From an uncultured Desulfosarcina sp. (lineage in GTDB: Bacteria; Desulfobacterota; Desulfobacteria; Desulfobacterales; Desulfosarcinaceae): a stretch of DNA of 64,000 nt. The stretch spans positions 992,001-1,056,000 of the forward strand of contig CAXXWQ010000003.1 of NCBI GenBank assembly GCA_963674945.2, in the 5' to 3' direction. Below the pieces are notes generated by a model, which ran no database searches, had not been told where the DNA came from, and worked only from the letters and a program-made list of their open reading frames with translations. Shown here in pieces: positions 19,461 through 28,583 of the stretch. Made by a program: the position numbers and the translations under genes. Position 1 is the first letter of the stretch. The number at the start of each line of letters is the position of its first letter.

Positions 19461-19887
19461 GAATTTACCCTTTCAGTGACTTCCAGTTTGAGATGTGACG
19501 AAAACGCGAACAGTAGTGTTCGCCTTGCATCTTCGGGATATGAGCGTTTACGCCATTTGAAGGAGATTGGTGTATCCATAGTATATACTTGAAAGAGTGC
19601 CTGCAACTGAATTGTTGAACAGGATGGGTGAGATTGAGTGCAGATTATTCAATTTGATCAAGGAAAGGAAGATTTTCATTTGCACCATTTTCCAATTTCT
19701 TCACGCTGAATATGTACAACGTCAAAACAACCGCCTAAGCGAGCAGATAGGAAACCACTCCTGCCATGGTCTTTTGTCCACGGTTGTTGGTCGTGATGAA
19801 CATGAAATTGAAAAAGACATTCGAGAAGAAAAATCCGGTCCCCCAATATATGACCGGTCGGAAGGACAACCAAAGTAAAAAGCAGAG

Positions 19888-19998
19888 TTGGGTGCCGATA
19901 CCTCAACGGGAAAATCTTTGACCGAATCCTTGGTGCGCAAAGTGAGCACGTCCCTTGAAGGCGCCTTGGAGGATCGGCAAGGAGTATCGATCAAGCTG
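19888..19998 (-). pseudogene. Frameshifted fragment of an arylsulfatase N-terminus
   Basis: QLDRYSLPILQGAFKG / TLRTKDSVKDFPVEVSAP aligns to VNRSILPMPDQPFKG..LRPSDSVKDFPEDVKAP of the intact sulfatase. DNA blocks TTGACCGAATCC and CCCTTGAAGG are shared. Confidence 0.7.
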
Positions 19999-20079
19999 CC
20001 AAGCTTATGAGCTTTCAGCAGTTTTCCTATTTCGATGTTTATCCCGATGCTGAGAATTTGATGGCGTGCTGTTTGCTAA

Positions 20080-20232
20080 CTATTTGTCAACAGCCTCTTT
20101 TGCGGAATCGACTGCTTCATCCACTTTTTTACCGGCTTTTTCCATCGCTCCTTCTTTCTCGCACCCAAGGGTTGCGAGGGCCAAAAAAGAGCACAGAACA
20201 CTGACTATCATGATCATTTTAAATTTTGTCAT
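20080..20232 (-). CDS. Small lipoprotein (GCEKEGAMEKAGKKVDEA type)
   Basis: AAGGAG RBS; hydrophobic stretch followed by TLGC lipobox. Confidence 0.8.
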   Translation of the reverse strand: MTKFKMIMIVSVLCSFLALATLGCEKEGAMEKAGKKVDEAVDSAKEAVDK

Positions 20233-21092
20233 GATTTTCTCCTTCGGACTTTTTGCTAATGTCGATGGTATCGGTAAACTTGTCTGCAAACGCAATGCTG
20301 GATATTACACATGCCATTACAACAACGATCAACACAACGAAAGGACGAAAATAATGATTTATCCGATCTCCCTTCAACCATTGATAAAATAGTTGGAAGT
20401 TCCGTTTCGAAAGACCGAGGCCAAGTGCAGTTGGCCTTTCGTGTATGGAAACAAGGCCTATCAGCCCGATACTCAACAACAGAATAAAATCGGTTTCAGG
20501 CATTGATAAGGTCCTTTCCCACAATCATAGACCTGTTCAAGAGTTCCACGAAACGACTCATGTTGCCACTGCTCGTCACGGCGATCTTTATGGCTGGCAA
20601 CCTTTTTCGTTCGGAAAAAAATTGAACGCTATCATCCTGTAGAGCCAAAACATACCCTATAAAGTCAAATTGTTTTCAATTGAACATCGTAAGAAGAGAT
20701 CGCAGAAGGATGAAAGAAGTTTCAAGGGAATATCAATACAAAATTAATGAACGTTCAATTGAAATAATGCAAGACAAGAACATTTTTATTAATGTATTGG
20801 AGAGACGTAACAGATTAATTACGTTAGCGCAAGAGATTATTACCGAAGAGGATACATCACAATCTCTATTGAATAACAACGTAAAGTGACATCGATAATA
20901 CTATTTATTTTTAATCGTAACAGTTATCAAATACCATTTGCATCATATCCAATATCGATGAATTTATCACATTCTACTCTGTAATTGAGATCTTCTATCA
21001 TTGAACTGGAGATATGCGATAAATATGGTTTACTTGATCGGTAGTTTGTGAAATAGTAAAAGATCTGCCCAAAAGCCTTACAAAATTTTCCA

Positions 21093-21166
21093 GTCACCGA
21101 CCACCCGATATGCGGGTGGATTGGATATTCGTCCCATCGGCCGCATATCCAAAAGCACGTGGGTAC
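21093..21166. repeat. Intergenic partial copy of the palindromic element found inside the radical SAM gene
   Basis: Aligns to about 34918-34990 (CGACCA.CCG....GCG..TGG.TTGGATATTCG...CAT.GGCCG.A.ATCCA.AAGCAC). Confidence 0.7.
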
Positions 21167-21251
21167 CGTAACGTTCGGGTTGTTTCCGGGTGAAATGCAC
21201 CCGGTTTGAATATAACGGATCGATAACTGCTTTTTCGAAGAGGAGGTCGTT

Positions 21252-21686
21252 ATGGAAAAATTAATCTATTCTTTTTGTCGTGCAATGGCCGTTTTGGGCA
21301 TACTATGCTTCCTTTATGCCTGCGCGGTTACGACACAAACCACGGAATCGTCATCCAATACCGTTCAGAATTCAACCGAATCATCAAGCAAATTCACCTC
21401 GAGTACCAGCCCGGGTGGCGATTCAGATTCGGCCCAAAGGGAACAGGCATTGGCTTTTTCCAAAATACAACTCGAACGCATCAAAACCGATATGGCGATG
21501 GGTGGCGGCGAGCATCTGACCTCCCTGGCAACGTTGTTGGGGGTTCCTGCCCATAACCAGCAGGAATTTTTCACCCTGACAAAGGAGAATTTCAGCACCT
21601 TGTTCAGTTCCGAAGAGACAACCGCCGAAGAAATGCTGGCACGGCTCGATGATGAATTAGACGCCAATCCGAATTTGCTCAGATAA
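21252..21686 (+). CDS. DUF3015 family lipoprotein
   Basis: AGGAGG RBS; LYAC lipobox; DMAMGGGEHLTSLATLLGV motif. Confidence 0.8.
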   Translation: MEKLIYSFCRAMAVLGILCFLYACAVTTQTTESSSNTVQNSTESSSKFTSSTSPGGDSDSAQREQALAFSKIQLERIKTDMAMGGGEHLTSLATLLGVPAHNQQEFFTLTKENFSTLFSSEETTAEEMLARLDDELDANPNLLR

Positions 21687-21689
21687 CTT

Positions 21690-23687
21690 GTGCGGCTGTA
21701 CCGAATGGGCCATTTGCGAACGTGGCCCGTAAGACTTCTGCCCTCATCGAAGGCGATTGTCACCGCCATCTGTTTTGCCCTCAACACTTTCTTGCTTTGT
21801 TCGCAAACGGCTCTTTCAATTGCTGCGGCTACAATTGACAATTCCTACCTGCTTCAGCTTCAACAAACGGCACGGCAGGAACGGTTGAGCGAGCATCGCC
21901 AGTGGCAGGTTCTGATGCATTACCGGCAGCGCCTTTTGGCCAAGGGATTTAAAAGCCAGGTGGACGAACCATCTTTCTTCTTGAGTCCTTCCGGAAAATT
22001 TGATCCTCGCGCCGAACTCGATGCCACGATAGCCAGTTTTTTTTCACCTGAAGCAAATGAAGAGGGCGTTGAACATCCCCAATGTAAATTCATTGCCCGG
22101 TATCAATGGTTGAAACGGGAACTGGGCTTTGATACAACACGGCTTCCCGAATATACTTGCCCCCGATTTGACGACTGGATGGCCGAGATGGACCCGCAGT
22201 CGGTGACGCTCGTCTTTCCCGTTGCCTATCTGAACAATCCCGCTTCCATGTTCGGGCATACACTCCTTCGTGTCGACTCCAAGGAAAGGGACGAGCGAAC
22301 GCGCCTGCTCGACTTCACGATCAATTATGCCGCCAGTACCCAGGAAGAGTTGGGGCTGTCCTATGCAATGAAAGGGCTGTTTGGAGGTTATCCGGGCAGT
22401 TTTTCCGTCGAACCTTATTATGTCCAGGTGAAACGATATGGGGACATCGAAAATCGGGACATCTGGGAATACCGTCTTACCCTGTCCTACGAAGAAGTGC
22501 TTCGTATGCTGATGCACACGTGGGAACTGAAATCTGCGAGCTTCGATTATTATTTTCTGGATGAGAACTGCTCTTATCAATTGCTTTCGCTGCTGGAGGC
22601 CGCACGTCCGTCGTTGCATCTCTTGGATCAATTCGGCCTCTGGGCAATTCCGACGGATACGGTACGGTCCGTCAGCACCGTCGATGGTCTGGTATCGTCT
22701 GCAACCTTTCGTCCCTCCAGGAGAACTGTGCTCCAGGAACGGGTCAAGGACCTGAAACCCGAATTACAAGACATGGCAAAATGCATCGGAGACAACCAGT
22801 GTACGGCTGATATTCCTATGCGAAAAGAACTTTCACCTGTAGACCAGGCCAAGGTGTTAGAATTGGCAACGGAATATGTGGGCTACCGATATGCCGTGGA
22901 AAGAGAAGATACGGCGGAAAATGATCCCCTCCTGATGGAAATACTAACATCCAGAAGCAAACTGGAAATACTACCGCAGACACCACGGGTCAGGCAGCCA
23001 CCCCGACGACCGGATCAAGGTCATCCGAGCGGTCGTGCGGGGATTGACTATGGTTATGAAAATGACCGGCATTTTTTTCAGCTGCGTCTCCGGCCCGTAC
23101 TGCACGATTTGATCGATCCGACCGGTGGCTATATCGATGGTGCGCAGCTTGAATTCCTGAATACAGCACTCCGATACGATGTAGATGAGAACAAACTGTC
23201 CCTTGAATATCTTGACTTGGTCGACATCGTGTCCATTCCGACGCGAAGCCGTTTTATTACACCATTGTCATGGAAGGCGAATGCCGGCTTGGCGCGAAAA
23301 CAATTCGATGACCAAGACCGACCGATCACCGGTCACGGCAACGTAGGCTTCGGGATAAGTTACCAACTTTCACAAAAAGTAAGAACTTTCTTGTTTGCCG
23401 AGGCGATGGTCATTATCAGTGATCGTTTCGACGAGAAGCTGGCCATGGGAGCAGGACCGAGTGGTGGTGTTCATTTGGATTTGACCGAACGATGGCGCAT
23501 GGCGCTTTCTGCCCGTTCATTCGCATTTGCATTGGGTTTTTCGCACTTGACCTATGATATTGATGTGGCACAGGCATTCGACCTGACATCGCGAATCGGC
23601 CTTCGGTTTCGTCTGTCCAGGCACCGGGAGTTCGATGTGGATGATCCCTGCAATTCGATATCGGCTAGCTGTCTTGTATACTTCTAA
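21690..23687 (+). CDS. DUF4105 (Lnb N-terminal-like) protein with C-terminal beta-barrel
   Basis: NPASMFGHTLLR, ENRDIWEY and YYFLDENCSY (His/Cys dyad); C-terminal Phe. Start uncertain. Confidence 0.88.
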   Translation: MRLYRMGHLRTWPVRLLPSSKAIVTAICFALNTFLLCSQTALSIAAATIDNSYLLQLQQTARQERLSEHRQWQVLMHYRQRLLAKGFKSQVDEPSFFLSPSGKFDPRAELDATIASFFSPEANEEGVEHPQCKFIARYQWLKRELGFDTTRLPEYTCPRFDDWMAEMDPQSVTLVFPVAYLNNPASMFGHTLLRVDSKERDERTRLLDFTINYAASTQEELGLSYAMKGLFGGYPGSFSVEPYYVQVKRYGDIENRDIWEYRLTLSYEEVLRMLMHTWELKSASFDYYFLDENCSYQLLSLLEAARPSLHLLDQFGLWAIPTDTVRSVSTVDGLVSSATFRPSRRTVLQERVKDLKPELQDMAKCIGDNQCTADIPMRKELSPVDQAKVLELATEYVGYRYAVEREDTAENDPLLMEILTSRSKLEILPQTPRVRQPPRRPDQGHPSGRAGIDYGYENDRHFFQLRLRPVLHDLIDPTGGYIDGAQLEFLNTALRYDVDENKLSLEYLDLVDIVSIPTRSRFITPLSWKANAGLARKQFDDQDRPITGHGNVGFGISYQLSQKVRTFLFAEAMVIISDRFDEKLAMGAGPSGGVHLDLTERWRMALSARSFAFALGFSHLTYDIDVAQAFDLTSRIGLRFRLSRHREFDVDDPCNSISASCLVYF

Positions 23688-23757
23688 CCCATTTTCATTT
23701 CAATGAAATCGATTCCATTCGATCTTCTTGCGTCTCTTCATCCAGAAACGATCACTA

Positions 23758-24579
23758 TCAAAGAAATTGCATGTTCAGAGCGAAAAAAATCTGCCATTCC
23801 GGATACCCGGCACCGTCATCTGCAACCGAATATTGTGGTTCGATAAAAATATTGAATACCGTGCTCCCTTTCCTGACGACTCGCCCGATCCCCAGGCCGA
23901 GAGGCACGCTGTAGGTATCGTTTTCAAAGTTGTACACCCAGACCGGTGCAGATCTCAGATATCTGCCATGACCCAGCTGGTAGAAGAGAAAGGGCTGAAA
24001 GGCACCCGCATTGACATCGTCGCGGTCGCCCTCACCGGCGAAACTGGCCTGCCATGTCAAAAGGTAGCCGTATTGAAATCTGGCGTTTCTGGCGTCAAAG
24101 AGAACTTGGGCAAAACCTGCGGACCATTTTTCACTGCCTATCGTGTCCTTGGTCGCCGTCGGTACCGTAAGCTGCGGCCCGATACCGATGCTTAGCGCCG
24201 GATTTGGCATATCAAACAGATAGGCAGCAAAAACGTTGAAATCACCAAGGCCTGTTTCCTGGTCGGCATCGGGAGAGACAGGAAAGGAGTTGATAGGCAA
24301 GGATGCACGCATCAGCCAGTTGGTTTTTGCAATGGAGAAGGGTTGGGCGTATCGCATCCAGAACTGATTGGCGTTTTCACCGGATTCCGTCAGTTCACCG
24401 ATGTAGTAATTGTGCAAATTGAACGCCACCATGTTTGCCAGCGGGTTGTTGGCCTGGGCCGCTGCATCGGATCCACTTTGCTTCTCATCAGCTGCCGGCG
24501 CTGATTGGACAAAAATGATACAGCAGAAAAAAAGCAAAAGTAACATGAATAGGAAGCCAGAATTGCGTTGTTGAATCAT
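23758..24579 (-). CDS. Outer-membrane beta-barrel (MetA-pathway/'neuromedin U'-type transporter)
   Basis: AGGAG RBS; signal peptide; [21 protein letters not shown] and KWSAG motifs. Confidence 0.75.
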   Translation of the reverse strand: MIQQRNSGFLFMLLLLFFCCIIFVQSAPAADEKQSGSDAAAQANNPLANMVAFNLHNYYIGELTESGENANQFWMRYAQPFSIAKTNWLMRASLPINSFPVSPDADQETGLGDFNVFAAYLFDMPNPALSIGIGPQLTVPTATKDTIGSEKWSAGFAQVLFDARNARFQYGYLLTWQASFAGEGDRDDVNAGAFQPFLFYQLGHGRYLRSAPVWVYNFENDTYSVPLGLGIGRVVRKGSTVFNIFIEPQYSVADDGAGYPEWQIFFALNMQFL

Positions 24580-25041
24580 GAGCGTCTCCTTCAGAGTCCA
24601 TGAATTTACCGAGATATGTTGTGCCTTGTCCAACCGCCACCGTCTTCATAACCGGTGACAAACCATACTTCCTGATGGGTCCCAGACTGCTTTTGAAACT
24701 ACTGCGTGTGCTCGGTAATGCGGTACGGTTGCAGGATCAGCGGGTGTACCCGGTTGGGGTCCCTGTATTGGCCAGCTTAGATCTCGTCATGAAGAAAGCG
24801 ACGATGGCCATGGAACTGATATACATTGAAATTAGCCTCCGAATCGCACCCTTGTCAAATGTTTCGTTCGATGCAAACCGGATCAGCCAAAGAAAAGTCA
24901 CAACCAAACGAGCAGGTTATATCGATAACATAAAAAAAAATACGAGCAGGCCTTTATCCAAAGCGAAAATTGCTTGGAATTGTTCTACTCTTTCCATGTT
25001 ATCACCTCTGTTTTCACGATTTCTTGGAAAGGTAGACAGCA

Positions 25042-26064
25042 CTACTCCAAACGCATGCGAGAAATAATTGTTTCAAGTTCACCGGATTTACGCATTGCCG
25101 CGATATCCGCACGTAACTTTTCGGCCGCCGCCGGATCGGCAGCGCCCAGGACGAAACGCATGGGTTCATCCTTGAAGACGACGTCGTCAGCGGTCTGGAG
25201 ATTGTTTTTACGAATGATGCCCTTCAAGGTGTCCACATATTTTTGGCCGCGCTCGGAGTAGTTTTTCAAGCCATCGGCAAGTGCCAGGGAAGTTAGCTTT
25301 TCCCCCTTTGTCTTGTACTCGGCCCGAATTCGGCGAAAATCTTCATAGGCAGGGTGTGAACTCAGGTTGATGAAATAGCCGCGGACGCTATCGAAGGGCC
25401 AATCGAAGTTGGCAATCCGGTGATCTCCCAGTTCTTTGCGTTGCTGCTGCGGTGTCAGCCCTTTTCCGCCGAATGTCCATTGTCCGAACAGGGCATTGCC
25501 CTCCACGGCGAACCGGGATGTGCCGTAGCCGCTCTCGTAGGCGGACTGCCCTAGCGCCAGGGAAGGCGGAATGACGTCCAGTTTGTACAGCGCCTGGTCG
25601 ATGACCTTGCTCAGGCCGGCACGATCCATCGGCTGGTCTGTCTTTTCTTCGTCCAAAATACGCAGCACTACGGCGATCTTTCGCAGCCACGTCTCATCGT
25701 CTTTTGCTATAGGTTCTGCCTTGGCAATGCTGTCCTGTATTCGCTGCAACCGTTGGCGGTGGTCCAGAACCATGGTATTGGCGTGCAAAACCAACGGCAG
25801 CATGAAGCGATAGAAAATCTCTTTTTTGGTTCCGACCGGAAGGTTTTTTGCATTTTTACGCCAGCGCTCGTTGATGGCCACGATGATGGCCCGGGGCACC
25901 TTCAGTTGTTCGGCATGTTTCGCCTCCCCCCAGAAGTCTTGTCTTTCGAACCAGGCGATGGTTTCATCCAGTCCGGGCAGCACCACCACCTCCTGGGCCA
26001 TGAGCGGTGAGGTTGAGGAAAGCACCAAAATCGCTGTCACCAATGCTACAAACCATTTGTTCAT
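25042..26064 (-). CDS. Glucosaminidase (GH73, Bax-like) exported protein
   Basis: KKEIF, IPPSLALGQSAYESGYGTSRFAVEGNALFG and YSERG motifs. Confidence 0.9.
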   Translation of the reverse strand: MNKWFVALVTAILVLSSTSPLMAQEVVVLPGLDETIAWFERQDFWGEAKHAEQLKVPRAIIVAINERWRKNAKNLPVGTKKEIFYRFMLPLVLHANTMVLDHRQRLQRIQDSIAKAEPIAKDDETWLRKIAVVLRILDEEKTDQPMDRAGLSKVIDQALYKLDVIPPSLALGQSAYESGYGTSRFAVEGNALFGQWTFGGKGLTPQQQRKELGDHRIANFDWPFDSVRGYFINLSSHPAYEDFRRIRAEYKTKGEKLTSLALADGLKNYSERGQKYVDTLKGIIRKNNLQTADDVVFKDEPMRFVLGAADPAAAEKLRADIAAMRKSGELETIISRMRLE

Positions 26065-26100
26065 GGGCCTCTCCTTCTTCGGCATTTGTCCACCAATAGT

Positions 26101-26225
26101 GACGGATTCGTAAAAAGTCCGATATCGGCGTTACGCTTCATCCTTCGTCACTGCGGCGTACGATCAGTACGCCTCATTCCTTAAGGACTCGCAAGCTTTG
26201 ATCTCGGGCTTTTTACGAATCCGTC
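26101..26225. repeat. 125-bp MITE-like element, copy 1
   Basis: Terminal inverted repeats GACGGATTCGTAAAAAG / CTTTTTACGAATCCGTC; homologous copy at 55515-55639. Confidence 0.85.
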
Positions 26226-26268
26226 CCAACAGCGACTTTATACGAAACTGTCAATATTGGAACGGTAA

Positions 26269-26865
26269 TCAAAAATTCATGAATACTGTCGTGTCTTGCA
26301 GGGTGTCGCGTGAGCCCCTGCCCAGCCGTTTCATCAAATTGGCCGCCGTGTTAACCGTTACCGCCAACGGTGCCACCCGATCGGCACTCACCACACAGAT
26401 CGAACCGGTCCAGGGATCGGGCGAACCGGGCAGAAATACGACAACCTTATCGTCCTTAAGACGTTCAACCTCGAAGACGAGCTGCCAGGAATCGTCGAAT
26501 CGGGTAATGGCCGGCCGCAGGTCTTCTATCTCTTCGGGAGTGAGTGCACTCTGGGTCTTGGCTTTGAGAAGTATATACGCCGGAATCCTGTTCAGCACAT
26601 TGGCCTCCAGCGACCGAATGAATTTCCGGGCAGATACCGTTTTGGCTGCCAGCCCCGCAAGAAAACAGATCAAGATTAAAATCACCAAAGCAAACAGGTT
26701 GACGACCGCGACACCGCCAACCGGTTCGATGGCGAGAAGATTCGCCAATGGTTCTGCAATCTTATTCGTCAGCAACAGGGCCTTGCCGATGACGACGATG
26801 AATACGACAATGGGAATGATAAACACGATTCCACCGAGAATTGTGGTCTTCAAGAACCTGAACAT
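26269..26865 (-). CDS. DUF502 membrane protein
   Basis: TTILGGIVFIIP, RIPAY and VFLPGSPDPWTG motifs. Confidence 0.85.
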   Translation of the reverse strand: MFRFLKTTILGGIVFIIPIVVFIVVIGKALLLTNKIAEPLANLLAIEPVGGVAVVNLFALVILILICFLAGLAAKTVSARKFIRSLEANVLNRIPAYILLKAKTQSALTPEEIEDLRPAITRFDDSWQLVFEVERLKDDKVVVFLPGSPDPWTGSICVVSADRVAPLAVTVNTAANLMKRLGRGSRDTLQDTTVFMNF

Positions 26866-27684
26866 ATTGCCATCCTTGTATCCGAAAAATGCGTGCAGTA
26901 AGGGGGTCAAGCCACCGGCTCTAATTACATTGAGATAGGGATCAGGCTTTCACATTGAATCCCCAGAAATTCTGATAGGCTCCGATATCCAATGACACAA
27001 TGGGTACACGGTCGTCAAGCCCCCATGCGTTCCGATTCGATGCCGGTGCTGTCCCTGGTACCTGCCGACTGATTTCCGCATGGGTCCGCTGCCAGATGGG
27101 CTTTTTCATGTGCCTTTCAGAGAAAATATCGATTGTACCCCTTATTAGAATTGAATAAAACTATTGGACAAATTGAAAAATCTTATATTAAGTAGCCTTT
27201 TTAACTCCATATGAAAGGGGGTGATCGATATGCGTCAACGCAGATGAAATTGTAGTCAACAAGAAGCGTGTCTTCTCGTGGATTTGAAAGAAGCGTTTGA
27301 AAATGGGTTTGGTGTAGCATTGGTGCAGAAGCAGTCGATCGCCCTTAAGACCTTCCATCGTTACGGGCAATCCGCATAACTTCACTATCATGGGTTCTTT
27401 TGCGCCATTCATGCTTCCGCTGTCGGCCTCAATCAGCCCAATTTGCGACATGTATTCGTAAATAGGGGCCGTGCAAATAACCTCCCATTCCTTCAAGCTG
27501 GATCGCTGTTGCACAGCGATAGCCGATTACGTTTCGGTTTTCTCAAAAGCTTTATCAGCTTCTTGCGAAGCGATGTCTTGTCCATGTTTGTATGACACCG
27601 TATGTCGCATTCTCGAAATAAAGGAGTCCGATTGAACGGCAAACGAGAAAATACTCGAAAAATTGAAACTGAAAGGAGAGGAAA

Positions 27685-28038
27685 ATGGCAGATAGGGAGG
27701 CATTGAAGAAACGATTGGATCAGGCAGTGGAAAAACTTGCGGATATCGGACCCGACATTGCGGACGACTGGGGTGGAACCATCCTTTTTAAAGTTCCTGA
27801 CCTGGAAACGGGCTGGATGATGAAGATGGCCATGGATGGTACCGTGGAAAGCCTTGAAGAGAAGGTCGACGAGGAAGCCGCTACCAGTATCATCGATGCG
27901 GATAGCGACATACTTCTCGGCATCCTCAATGGTGATGTCAATCCGACGCAGGCAAGAGCTGAGGGTAAGATGCGTGCAGAAAAGGCCCTGGACGGTCTCG
28001 CCCTGGTTTTGGTACCGATTATCGGACCACCTGAATGA
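27685..28038 (+). CDS. SCP2 sterol/lipid-binding domain protein
   Basis: AGGAG RBS; ILNGDVNPTQARAEGKM SCP2-type C-terminal pattern. Confidence 0.75.
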   Translation: MADREALKKRLDQAVEKLADIGPDIADDWGGTILFKVPDLETGWMMKMAMDGTVESLEEKVDEEAATSIIDADSDILLGILNGDVNPTQARAEGKMRAEKALDGLALVLVPIIGPPE

Positions 28039-28083
28039 TAAATGACAGAAAGAACCATCAACTTGTGTAAGGAGAAGATCAAA

Positions 28084-28551
28084 ATGATGAACATGTACGG
28101 CAAGGAACTCAAATTCCCTGAAGATCTCTATTATTCGGAAGAGTTTATCTGGGTCAAGGACCTGGGTGGAAACAAGGTTCAAATCGGTATTTCAGATCTT
28201 GGCGTCAAGGCGGTGAAGGAATTGGCCCATGTAAAGATAGATGCCAAAGTCGGCGATCAAATCTCCAAGGGAAAGCCAATCGGACATGTGGAGACAAGCA
28301 AGGGCATCTGGGAGATCATCGCCCCTGTATATGGGACCGTAATGGAGATAAACCCACCACTTACCAATGGCAACGCCTATCCGATCCAGATGGATCCATA
28401 TGGTAAAGGCTGGGTAATGGAGGTTGAAATCTCCGATGAAAACGAAGTAAAGGCACTGAAAAAGGGCTCGGATGAATCGACCAAGGCCTGGATCAACGAG
28501 AAAGTAGAAGAAAATGTGCCTTTGATGGATGACGACGACGATGATGATTAG
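28084..28551 (+). CDS. GcvH-like lipoyl carrier protein
   Basis: DLYYSEEFIWVK, IGISD, VETSKG (lipoyl Lys), APVYG and DPYGKGW motifs; poly-Asp tail. Confidence 0.88.
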   Translation: MMNMYGKELKFPEDLYYSEEFIWVKDLGGNKVQIGISDLGVKAVKELAHVKIDAKVGDQISKGKPIGHVETSKGIWEIIAPVYGTVMEINPPLTNGNAYPIQMDPYGKGWVMEVEISDENEVKALKKGSDESTKAWINEKVEENVPLMDDDDDDD

Positions 28552-28583
28552 ACCGGCCATTACTGCTCATGACAACGATTTCC

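Noticed and set aside
24600..25000. Minus-strand frame with RBS (MERVEQFQAIFALDKGLLVFFF...) interrupted by stops
   Set aside because: Possibly a decayed membrane-protein gene, but I cannot assign a family.
27188..27620. Short minus-strand ORFs upstream of SCP2
   Set aside because: No recognisable motifs or convincing RBS.
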